The translations under genes and the position numbers were made by a program. A stretch of DNA of 63,992 nucleotides, counting the filler, from an uncultured bacterium (GTDB taxonomy: Bacteria > Latescibacterota > UBA2968), in the NCBI GenBank assembly GCA_964471275.1. It is 3 parts of 3 records of this genome, joined end to end, with 100 filler letters (N's around TTAATTAATTAA, not from the genome) between each part and the next. Parts side by side here need not be neighbours in the genome. Positions count along the whole stretch, not along the records: positions 1 to 25,486 come from CAYYGZ010000037.1; 2 more parts are not named here. One strand, 5' to 3'. This document shows positions 8,965 to 17,752 of the stretch, in pieces. Position 1 is the first letter of the stretch. Each line of letters starts with the position of its first letter. Under the pieces are notes generated by a model. It was not told where the DNA came from. It did not search any database and saw only the letters and a program-made list of their open reading frames with translations.

Positions 8965-9918
8965 CTAGAGCGTCAGCGAAAGCCCATCCTGCGCGAGGAT
9001 CACTTCGCATTCCGTGTCGGGAGCGACGTGATTCAGATAATTCTGAGAGCTGTCGAGCATCCGCTGCAGGAGTTCATCGTTGCTGAGATGGTCATGATGG
9101 AAGAGAACGAGTTTCTGTACACCCGCGTTCAGTGCGATGTCCACACCGATAAAGGACGAACTGTGGCCATAATCGCTCTTCTGGAAGGACTCGATCAAGT
9201 TATCGAAGAAGGCATCAAAGATGAGGATATCCGCATCCGAGTAGAACTCGTGGTAGGCCTTCATCGCGTCGGGAGCCAGGTCGTTGTAGGATGCATCCGT
9301 CGCGTAAATGACGATATCGTTCTCGTGTTTTACTCGGTATGCGAAGGAATCGCCAGGATGGTCCACCTGGATTGCACTGACGTCAAAACCGGCGATCTCG
9401 TATTCCTGCAGCGGCGCAAGCTGGTTGAACGAGATGTCCGCCAACAGCTCATCAAACAGAACCGGAAAATTGTGAGGATGATGCTGGTTGCGGAAGCGGG
9501 CTTCGAGGTCGTCGTGGCAGCCGTGGATGCCGATGTTTGCACCCGGGATGAAATTCGGTGTGAACAACGGGAACGCACAGATATGGTCCCAGTGGGTGTG
9601 GCTCATCAAGATGTTAATCGGGGGCTTGGAGTCGAGAAACCCGTTTGCCATCATCTGGCGGCCCAACTCGTGAAGACCGGATCCGGCGTCCAAGACGATC
9701 TGATGCTCCCCGCTCGTGACCTCGACGCAGGAGGTATTGCCGCCTGCCGTTCCCCGTTCGAGAACAGGGAACGTCTCGAGGAAGGCCCTGGCCTCCGCGT
9801 CGTTCTTGAATTTGCGACCATCCGCTTCGACGAGGACGTGCGTCAGTTTCTGCTCAAGTTCTGCCGACGGGAGCGGCGATGGAATCGATCCCCGCGTACC
9901 CCAGAAATTTATGTCCAT
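8965..9918 (-). CDS. MBL-fold metallo-hydrolase (RNase Z/PhnP-like subfamily)
   Basis: FWGTRGSIP, GGNTSCVEV, LDAGSG, SHTHWDH, GHSS and LFHH motifs. Confidence 0.9.
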   Translation of the reverse strand: MDINFWGTRGSIPSPLPSAELEQKLTHVLVEADGRKFKNDAEARAFLETFPVLERGTAGGNTSCVEVTSGEHQIVLDAGSGLHELGRQMMANGFLDSKPPINILMSHTHWDHICAFPLFTPNFIPGANIGIHGCHDDLEARFRNQHHPHNFPVLFDELLADISFNQLAPLQEYEIAGFDVSAIQVDHPGDSFAYRVKHENDIVIYATDASYNDLAPDAMKAYHEFYSDADILIFDAFFDNLIESFQKSDYGHSSSFIGVDIALNAGVQKLVLFHHDHLSNDELLQRMLDSSQNYLNHVAPDTECEVILAQDGLSLTL

Positions 9919-10000
9919 GTATGCTTGACGGTTTTAGGTGGCAGACGTGCTGCCAAGTTGCGTAAGTATCGGTCAGTTATGAAGATATGATATTCGCGAT

Positions 10001-10029
10001 ATGTTAGGATTCGTGCGGGTGTTTGTCAA
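10001..10029 (-). promoter_or_regulatory. Sigma70-type promoter for the MBL hydrolase gene
   Basis: Minus strand reads TTGACA-17 nt-TAACAT. Confidence 0.6.
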
Positions 10030-10048
10030 GGTCAGGTCCGAATTCTGC

Positions 10049-10648
10049 CTATTTGACCGGAGCTGTCTTGATTGCATCCCTGGGCCAGGGCCCGCTGCTC
10101 TCGAGTTCTCCCAGAACATCTGCTGCGGAATCGGCTATGCGCCAAATGGCACCGTGATGGTCGTTCATGAAGCGTTCCCGGATGCAGATTTGGAGCATCT
10201 CGATACACGCATCATAGAAGCCGTTCTGGTTCACGATCACGATGGGCCCGGTAAATAGGCCTAGTCGCTTCCACGTGATGGCCTCCAACAGCTCTTCCAG
10301 CGTCCCGCAGCCTCCAGGAAGGGCGATGACGGCGTCGGACAAGCCCAGCATCAGCTTCTTTCTCTCGTGCATGCTGTCTACGATGCGCAGGTCGGTCAGA
10401 CCCTCGTGTGCCCACTCGACGTCCACCATGAAGCCCGGGATGACCCCGGTCACGCCGCCTCCCGCTTTCAGTACCGCATCGGCGACACTTCCCATCAGCC
10501 CCGAAGATCCGCCGCCATAGACGAGGTGTATTGCGTTATCCGCAAGCATTTCACCAACGAGGGCCGCCTCAGTCAGGTAACGCGGATCGCACTTGCTGCT
10601 CGATCCGCAGTAGACGGCAGCGTTCCTGATTTCAGTCCCCGCAGACAT
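10049..10648 (-). CDS. LOG-family (TIGR00730) nucleotide monophosphate phosphoribohydrolase
   Basis: VYCGSS, LVYGGG, MHERKK and PGGCGTLEE (PGGxGTxxE). Start MSAGTE overlaps the upstream gene. Confidence 0.93.
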   Translation of the reverse strand: MSAGTEIRNAAVYCGSSSKCDPRYLTEAALVGEMLADNAIHLVYGGGSSGLMGSVADAVLKAGGGVTGVIPGFMVDVEWAHEGLTDLRIVDSMHERKKLMLGLSDAVIALPGGCGTLEELLEAITWKRLGLFTGPIVIVNQNGFYDACIEMLQICIRERFMNDHHGAIWRIADSAADVLGELESSGPWPRDAIKTAPVK

Positions 10649-11114
10649 AAGCGAGTACCTCGACGGCCTGCTCGAGCGAATCCACGACAACGTTGGCTCG
10701 GCCATCGAGTTCCTTCAACGGATGTCGAAGTCCGGGTTTGTGTACGACGATAACGGGTATTCCGTGCCGATTCGCTTCAGCGATATCGCTGGATGTGTTC
10801 CACTGCCTGTAGTTCTTGTGATCCTCATCGAAAAAGGCGATTAGCAGGTCAGATTTTGCGATCCAGATCCCGGTTCGCAGGTTGTTGACGCGCCCGCCCA
10901 GGTCATCTTTGAGGCGCGGAAAGTAGTCGACACCGACATCAGATTGCGATACGCCTCGGATCTGTGTGCCGATGTCGTCACTCAATTCGTGATCCTCGCA
11001 AGGGCCTTTGAAGGTGATGGTAAGATCCTTATTTTCGGCCATTTGGCGGACTCGGTCTCGCCAATCGCCGTGGATGTGGCCGGTCAGAAATGCGAGTAAG
11101 CTGTGTTGGGACAC
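10632..11114 (-). CDS. YtoQ-family protein (nucleoside 2-deoxyribosyltransferase-like fold)
   Basis: GHIHGDWR, HELSDDIG, NNLRT, YRQWN and HPLKEL match the YtoQ pattern. Confidence 0.85.
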   Translation of the reverse strand: MSQHSLLAFLTGHIHGDWRDRVRQMAENKDLTITFKGPCEDHELSDDIGTQIRGVSQSDVGVDYFPRLKDDLGGRVNNLRTGIWIAKSDLLIAFFDEDHKNYRQWNTSSDIAEANRHGIPVIVVHKPGLRHPLKELDGRANVVVDSLEQAVEVLAYVCGD

Positions 11115-11154
11115 GTGATCTCCTTCGGTGGCGGTCGGTTAGCAACAAGCCGAG

Positions 11155-12288
11155 CTAGTCAACGGGGTGTCGGAATCTAAAGTGATGCAGCGCTTCGTGA
11201 AAGGCCGGGTTTGTCCTCGGGTCGGTGGGCGAATGGTAGAGATGGGAGGCACAAACGCAGTCTGATGATCCGAATCCGGCCGGCCCGGATGAGAGCAGTT
11301 CAGACATTCTCGCAGCGATATCACACTCTTCGCGCCGTGAGCTTCTGATCGGGTAAGCGATCACCTTGTCGGCGGCGGCACGCAAGTAGTCGATGTGCCA
11401 GTGCATCTTCTTCCGGCGGCGGAGATGTCGGTTGATCCGGTGGGACAAGGTACGCATTGCCGAACCGACATAAACATACCAGCCCGGCACGGCCGTCCAT
11501 TCCCCCAATCTTCCGACCAATACTTCCTTCGCGCTCGCCAGATGCAGTAGAAGGATGTAGGCCCCCTGGTCAGCAACCTCACCCTCCAGATATTGCCAGG
11601 GGATCTCAAGCCGTCTGGGTATACCCACGATCTGGAACCGATCATTCCATTCGATCGAGACGGGGACTATCTCGAGATGATCCCGGTGATCCAGGAACGA
11701 TTGGCTGAAGGCAAGGTCCGTATGGTAGTCCGGACGGAAGAGATCGACGTGTGAGGTATGCACGATGAACAGCACGATCGGCTGGTTTCCCGGCGAAGCG
11801 AGTAGGGCAAGCTCGTTCAGATGCTTGCGACCGCGTTCCGTCACGGCATCCGGAAATGCGGCGATGCGGTTCCCAAAGAGCGTGCAGGACTTGACTTCGA
11901 CCCAACGCTGTGTGCTGCCGTGCTGGATGACGAGATCGAATCGGCTGTGACCTTGTTTAACCTCACGACCGACAACGCGCGCGCCTTCGAGGCCGGGTAT
12001 GCGATCGGAGTTGATCAAGTCGCCAGCGATCCGGTTTGTCAGATGTGTGTCAAGAAGGACAGGATGGCCATTGCGTTCTGCTCCGACTACGCTCCAGCGC
12101 AGCTTGCGTTTTAGGTCATCTGAACGGGAGATCCATAGTGGGGTGTCGGGCAGTAATGTTTCCGAAAGACGGCCCGGGTTGGCGAGGTGGGCGGTGATCT
12201 CCTCTCCAGCCAGTCCACAGGTGACGGCAAAGCGATGGGGTCTGGAGACGAATGTAGCGCGGCTGAGGTTGATGGGGTCGATATACAA
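11155..12288 (-). CDS. sfsA: SfsA PD-(D/E)XK nuclease fused to a C-terminal GIY-YIG (DUF123-like) domain
   Basis: SfsA motifs HLANPGRL, SRFDL, VEVKSCTL, FPDAVTERGRKHL; then GAYIL...YVYVGSA...HWHIDYL...GFGSSDC. Confidence 0.9.
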   Translation of the reverse strand: MYIDPINLSRATFVSRPHRFAVTCGLAGEEITAHLANPGRLSETLLPDTPLWISRSDDLKRKLRWSVVGAERNGHPVLLDTHLTNRIAGDLINSDRIPGLEGARVVGREVKQGHSRFDLVIQHGSTQRWVEVKSCTLFGNRIAAFPDAVTERGRKHLNELALLASPGNQPIVLFIVHTSHVDLFRPDYHTDLAFSQSFLDHRDHLEIVPVSIEWNDRFQIVGIPRRLEIPWQYLEGEVADQGAYILLLHLASAKEVLVGRLGEWTAVPGWYVYVGSAMRTLSHRINRHLRRRKKMHWHIDYLRAAADKVIAYPIRSSRREECDIAARMSELLSSGPAGFGSSDCVCASHLYHSPTDPRTNPAFHEALHHFRFRHPVD

Positions 12289-12368
12289 GGATAGAACTCA
12301 CAAGCAGTCAGGCTGTCACTGTAAGAGGACCAGACGGGCGTGGTTTCCTGCAGCTTCAGACCCCGTGA

Positions 12369-13469
12369 TCAACACTGGGGTTTTCCGGCAGACTTCAGGC
12401 CGTGTCCCGTCAGGGGAATGACGATCGTTTCCTCTTCTGGGCGCGAACGTTTGTTGGCTGCCGCGATCGCAGAGGCGCTTGTGGGTTCGATGAACCAGCC
12501 CACGGAAACCATCTGATGATACGCCGAGTTGATTTCCGCCTCGGTGACCGTAACGACCCTACCCCCTGACTCTCGGATGATGTCGATGATCTGTTTGCCC
12601 CGAGCGGGGGCGGCTATGGCGATCCCTTCGGCCTTGGTTGGTGATGTGGCGATTTTGAGCAGGTCGGTCTCGCTCCCCTCCCACAGCACAGACAGAGGGG
12701 CGCAGTTCGCTGCCTGAACGGCAGTCAGCCTGGGCAGCGTGCGGGTCAGCCCGGCCTCCAGCAGCTCTTTGAACCCGATGTAGGCTCCGATCAGGAGCGT
12801 GCCATTCCCTGTCGGGATGATGATCTCATCCGGGGCTTTCTGTCCGAGCTGTTCCCACACCTCATAGGCAAATGTCTTGGTGCCGTGGAAAAAGTAGGGG
12901 TTCCATACGTGACTGGCGTAGAACCGGCCTTCAGCAGCATTCTGCGCGGCGTCTGCCGTGTCCTCACGTGATCCCGGAATCCGATGCAGGTCCGCTCCGT
13001 AGGCTCTGATCTGCTCGAGCTTTGCCGGTGAAGTTGAATCCGGCACGTAGATGTCGCACTGTATCTCGGCTCTCGCGCAGTATGCTGCGATGGCGGCGCC
13101 CGCGTTGCCGCTTGAATCCTCGACGACGCTGTCCACACCGAGCGACTTCGCCTGGCTGATAAGGACAGACGCGCCGCGATCCTTGTATGAGCCGGATGGG
13201 AAGAGATGGTCTTGTTTGAGCAGATACGTGCCGCCAGAGAGCTCAAACCGGGTCAGTGGACTGTAGCCTTCGTCGAAGCTGACGATGTCCGTGTCATCGA
13301 GGATCGGGATGGCTTCCCTGTAACGCCACATGGTCAGAGGGCGGGTTTCGAGGCTGAATACGGCGAGGTCCGGTTTGAATTTCAGATCGAGAAGCACGCC
13401 TGACTCGCTCTTCCAACGGAAACTTTTCGCGTCGTAGGTCTCGTCCTGATGGGACACCAGATGCATCAT
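12369..13469 (-). CDS. Threonine synthase-like PLP-dependent enzyme (fold type II)
   Basis: PSGSYKDRG (PLP lysine), DSSGNAG, PTGNGT and LTGHGLK. Confidence 0.88.
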   Translation of the reverse strand: MMHLVSHQDETYDAKSFRWKSESGVLLDLKFKPDLAVFSLETRPLTMWRYREAIPILDDTDIVSFDEGYSPLTRFELSGGTYLLKQDHLFPSGSYKDRGASVLISQAKSLGVDSVVEDSSGNAGAAIAAYCARAEIQCDIYVPDSTSPAKLEQIRAYGADLHRIPGSREDTADAAQNAAEGRFYASHVWNPYFFHGTKTFAYEVWEQLGQKAPDEIIIPTGNGTLLIGAYIGFKELLEAGLTRTLPRLTAVQAANCAPLSVLWEGSETDLLKIATSPTKAEGIAIAAPARGKQIIDIIRESGGRVVTVTEAEINSAYHQMVSVGWFIEPTSASAIAAANKRSRPEEETIVIPLTGHGLKSAGKPQC

Positions 13470-14260
13470 GCAATCCTCGAACGGCCCTTCAGCATCGCGT
13501 GGGTGATCGCGATAACCATCCGCCGAGTGGAGATGCGAATCGTGAAGTTGAGGAATTTGTTCAGCCAGCCGTGTACGAATGAAGGCCCTCGGCCCAGGTT
13601 TCGGAGGGCCGCAGCGACTACGGATTCGGCAGTCGCAACTCGGAATGCGCCTGCGTCCTTGATGTCCGCAACGTCCGTGAATTCCGTTCGCGTGAAGCCG
13701 GGTGAGACCGCAAGACTATCGACTCCGTGAGGTCTGCACTCCTTCCAAAGCGATTCGCCGAGCATCAGGTTGAACGCTTTGGTGGCACCGTATGTGCCGA
13801 ATGAGGCAGTGGGCTGGTAGCCCGCCGTGGAGGCCAGGAAGATCAATCCGCCTCGGCCACGCTCGACCATCTTTGGCAGGTAGTGATTCGTCAGGAGCAC
13901 GGGGACGACACAGTTCAGCACGGTCATGTTGACCTGTCGCTCAGCGTCCAGCTGGTAGTAGTAGCCGGACATACCGTAGCCGGCGTTGTTGACGAGCAGC
14001 CCGACCTCCAGATCCTGTGTCTCCGCGATGACTCGGGCGCAAGCACCGTCCGCGGTGAGATCCGAATCGATGACGCGAGTGTCCACGTGGTGAGTGGACC
14101 GGATCTCGGCGGCAAGCTCTTCGAGCCGGTTCCTTCTGCGCGCGACAAGGATGATGTTCAGACCCTTTGCGGCAAGCTGTCGGGTGAACTCTGCTCCGAG
14201 TCCTGATGAGGCGCCGGTCACGAGCGCCCAGGGGCCGTATTTGGTGAAGTCAGAAGGCAT
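13466..14260 (-). CDS. SDR-family NAD(P)-dependent oxidoreductase
   Basis: TGASSGLG, NNAG and YGATK. Confidence 0.93.
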   Translation of the reverse strand: MPSDFTKYGPWALVTGASSGLGAEFTRQLAAKGLNIILVARRRNRLEELAAEIRSTHHVDTRVIDSDLTADGACARVIAETQDLEVGLLVNNAGYGMSGYYYQLDAERQVNMTVLNCVVPVLLTNHYLPKMVERGRGGLIFLASTAGYQPTASFGTYGATKAFNLMLGESLWKECRPHGVDSLAVSPGFTRTEFTDVADIKDAGAFRVATAESVVAAALRNLGRGPSFVHGWLNKFLNFTIRISTRRMVIAITHAMLKGRSRIA

Positions 14261-14307
14261 ACAGAATTGTCCGCTGAAAGGGGCTAGCTGCTGAGAAGAA
14301 GGACGAT

Positions 14308-15923
14308 CTACTCCGTGATCTCTGCACTTAGATCGGGCGAAATGTCTCTATCCAGTGGGTAGATCGGCCGGGGAACCTTTTCGAACGGGAGCGATCCGAG
14401 GTTTGCACTTGTCGAACCCGGTACGTCAACGGGAACGATCGCAGCTGCAATGTCCTGGTAGTGGGTACGGAAGCCGTTCGGGCTCTTACAAACGACCAGG
14501 TCGAAGTCGACGGGGTTGAGGCCACGTGATTCGAAGACCTTTCGTCCCATGATCGAGACCGGTCTCTCGGTCACCATGATCGAGCACGCTCCCACGGTTA
14601 GAACGGCGGTTCTCCCGGCGCGGTCAACGGTTCCGGTCTCGACCTTGAAGACGCCGTCGTGCAAGCTCTGAACATATGCTTTACAGCTGACGGGTGTGTG
14701 CCGAACGGTATCGATCGCCCCGCCGAGGTCGACCTGTATCGTGCTGCCGACCCCCGCTTCGAACGCCTTGTGCGTCGCGGGAGGGTCGACAAGCGGGAGG
14801 AGAGCGGTCTTGCTGAACTTCTGCTCGAGCAAGCCGCGGAGGATCGCGTTGCTGTCGCCGGAGGCGCCCGAGGAGGTCGCGTCCGCAGCGTCAGAGAAGA
14901 CAGTCAGCCCTTCGGTTTCGTTTGCGATCTGTATGGCATCGTCGAGTGAAGTGAGGGGGGCCTGCATACGCTCCCGACCATTCCACATGAACCGAGCAAG
15001 GCTCTCGGCGACCTCCTGTGCCCGTCGAGGATCATTGTCCGTGGTGACGATAACGTTGGTTCGGAGGTTCGGCACATCGGTGAAGGGGTTTCCGATGATG
15101 ACCGCGGCAGACAAGCCGTCGGCGGTCGCTTCGAATTCCTGACACGTTCGTATCGCCTGCCCGTAGAGCCCAGTGGCCGTGATGAGTTCGTCTCCTCGGA
15201 CAAGCAAGGGAACGCGAACCCGTGCGACCGTGGGTTTGACACCACCTGTCAGCAGCCGTAGCAGGTTGCGGGCAGCTCGCTGACCTGTCTCATACATGTC
15301 CATGTGCGGATAGGTGTGGAAGGCGACCATGATGTCGGAATCACGAACGAGCCGATCGGAGATGATTGCGTGGAGGTCATACGAGGTGACGATCGGGGTG
15401 TCCCCGAGGATGAGTCGGGCCCTTTCGAGCACACGTCCCTCTGGATCGATCTCTTCCAAGGCACCCTGATCCAGGTCAGCGCACTCCCAAAGAACAACAT
15501 GAGCGCTGCACTAGAAGAACCAACAGGGAGCAATTCACGCAACGACCGATTCGAGCCCACTACGGGCCCATNNNNNNNNNNTGGATCGATCTCTTCCTCA
15601 CCAGCCATTGCGCCGTGGAAACTGATGTAGGCACCATCCACATCCTTGTTCTGTTTGATCTCTGAAATCAGCTCGTCGGTCATTTGGTCGAGATCAACCG
15701 CCGGCACCGGCCCTCCAGACGTCATTGATTTTGCCGAATAGGTCGGGATGACTTCGACGTTGTTCTCAGCGAAAACATCTAGCGCGCCGGCTATCTCCGA
15801 GTTGGTGCCCGCATAGTGCTCTATGATCTCGTTCCCCCGCGTGATCGTGAAGAGGTCACGGGTCGTTGCACGCGGGTTGAATGAGGAGGTTTCCTGTTTA
15901 AAAGCTGCAAGAAGAACGCGCAT
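14308..15923 (-). CDS. M81-family (MlrC-like) metallopeptidase, interrupted at a scaffold gap
   Basis: KQETSSFNP, HGAM, DLHA and HTYPHMD. Removing 15458-15597 (insert, gap and duplicated 16-mer) gives one 491-aa ORF. Confidence 0.88.
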
Positions 15924-16061
15924 GGGATTGCTCTGGTGATGGGTTGAAGAAAGAGCGCACGTGGCAGGGAACGTCAACTCTGTTCACCACGCACGCGTAA
16001 GAACCGTGTTGTTCCACCTCCCGTGCCCCAAGCTTCAGGCCGGCGTGGGGGATGCGGTGAC

Positions 16062-16832
16062 CTATAGAACCGTGTAGCCGCCGTCGATTACAATGTTCGA
16101 CCCCGTTGTGTAGCACGACGCGTCGGCCGCCAGATAGACGGCCGCAGGGGTAAGTTCTTGGAGGAGTCCGGGACGCTTCATCGGGATGGCCGGGATCCAT
16201 TTGCCGCCATACGCAGGGTCATCCAAGAACGATTGTGTCATGGCCGTCTTCATGTAGCCGGGCGAGATGGAATTGATGCGGACGTGATGAGGGGCCCATT
16301 CAGAGGCCAAAGACCTGGTCAATTGGATCACGGCAGCTTTGGATGCGTTGTAGGAAGCCTGGGGTTGGGGCGTGTTGACGATCGAGCCCGACACGGAGGC
16401 GATGTTGATGATGCTCCCGGCTCTCTGCTCTATCATCACAAGGCCGACCGCGCGGAAGCAGTAGTAAAGGCTGTTGAGGTTGACGTCGATGACTTTCAGC
16501 CAGTCGTCGTCGGACAGGGATTCTGCTGCGTCCCTGTGGACGATGACGGCGTTGTTCATCATAAAACCAACGCGCCCGAACGCATCGACAACCTCAGACA
16601 TCATCGCGTCGACGGATTCGGGTCTGGTCACATCGGTTTCTATGAACCGAGACAGTCTACCGAGGGTCTCAATCTCTGCAACCGTCTGTGCCCCTGACTC
16701 CGCGCTCAACTCGGCGGCGACGACATCGGCGCCTGCTTCAGCGAAGGCCAGGGCGAAGGCTTTGCCGAGGCCCTGTCCTGCCCCCGTTATAATGCCCGTC
16801 CGTTCCGCCAATGAAAAGGTGTTCAGAACCAT
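16062..16832 (-). CDS. SDR-family oxidoreductase (polyol/ketose reductase-like)
   Basis: TGAGQGLG, PQPQASYNASK, SPGY and DGGYT. Confidence 0.9.
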   Translation of the reverse strand: MVLNTFSLAERTGIITGAGQGLGKAFALAFAEAGADVVAAELSAESGAQTVAEIETLGRLSRFIETDVTRPESVDAMMSEVVDAFGRVGFMMNNAVIVHRDAAESLSDDDWLKVIDVNLNSLYYCFRAVGLVMIEQRAGSIINIASVSGSIVNTPQPQASYNASKAAVIQLTRSLASEWAPHHVRINSISPGYMKTAMTQSFLDDPAYGGKWIPAIPMKRPGLLQELTPAAVYLAADASCYTTGSNIVIDGGYTVL

Positions 16833-16835
16833 CGG

Positions 16836-17643
16836 TCAGCCCGCCGGTGTCACCTCTGCTGATTTGACGGCATCAATACGCTCGCACGCCGTTTCGTAGT
16901 ATTCCGAGTCGATCTCGAACCCGACGAAGTCCACTCCGAGCTCCGCCGCCGCCACACCCGACATTCCGATTCCCAGGAAAGGGTCAGCCACCAGTCTTGT
17001 CCGCTCCAGTCCGTGCAGTTCGATGCACATTCTGGGGATCTTTACCGGGAAAGAGGCGGGGTGAGGACGCTGGCTGGTTCGACTCCGAATCGTCTTGTAG
17101 GGAACGAACCAAGTGTTCCCACGGCATCGTTTATCATTCCCGGCTGACTTCCAGCGAGTAACGTTCGATTTGTCCTGATACTCGACACCGATCGCAAGAC
17201 GGTCCAGTTTCACATTTCCCGACTTGGTGAGGTGAAAGATATATTCGTGACAGTCGTTCAGGTATCGTGGACTGTTTATGGGTTTGAANNNNNNNNNNCT
17301 TGACCCAGTGTATGACATTCTGGAGATGGAAGTGGTCCTGCATCCTGGCAAGCACCTGGAACGGCACCGACGGGTCAGATGGCTTGGCACCGATGTTCAG
17401 GAATACCGAGCCGTCCTCTGAGAGCACGCTCGAGACTACCCGTGCCCAGTTCTCCAGCCAGTCGAGATACTGCTCGCGCGGGATCGTGTCGTCGTACCCG
17501 GAATAAGGTGTGCCGAGGTTATATGGCGGAGATGTGACAACGACGTCAACGGATCCGGGAACCAATTGACGCGCTATGCCCGCAACGCAGTCCTCGTGGT
17601 AGACACGCTGTTGGCTGTGGCCAGTTTCGGTCAGGAAGCTCAA
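16836..17643 (-). CDS. Beta-class site-specific DNA methyltransferase (N4-C/N6-A family), split by a 10-N gap
   Basis: Motif [10 protein letters not shown] precedes HPASFP and motif I DPFLGIG; gap at 17289-17298. Confidence 0.88.
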
Positions 17644-17752
17644 GGTGGTCTCGCTAGCAACGGTTTCTAGGCCAGACGGGGGAGGCCGATTACATATAGG
17701 GGAATGTTAGTAGATACGGGCGTGTACCCGGCAGTGCAAGGGAATACTGGGG

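Noticed and set aside
8959..9990. 343-aa plus-strand ORF
   Set aside because: Antisense shadow of the MBL hydrolase gene, with no motifs of its own.
11155..17643. SfsA-GIY-YIG plus DNA methyltransferase as a restriction-modification pair
   Set aside because: They are separated by four metabolic genes, and SfsA is not a known cognate restriction enzyme.
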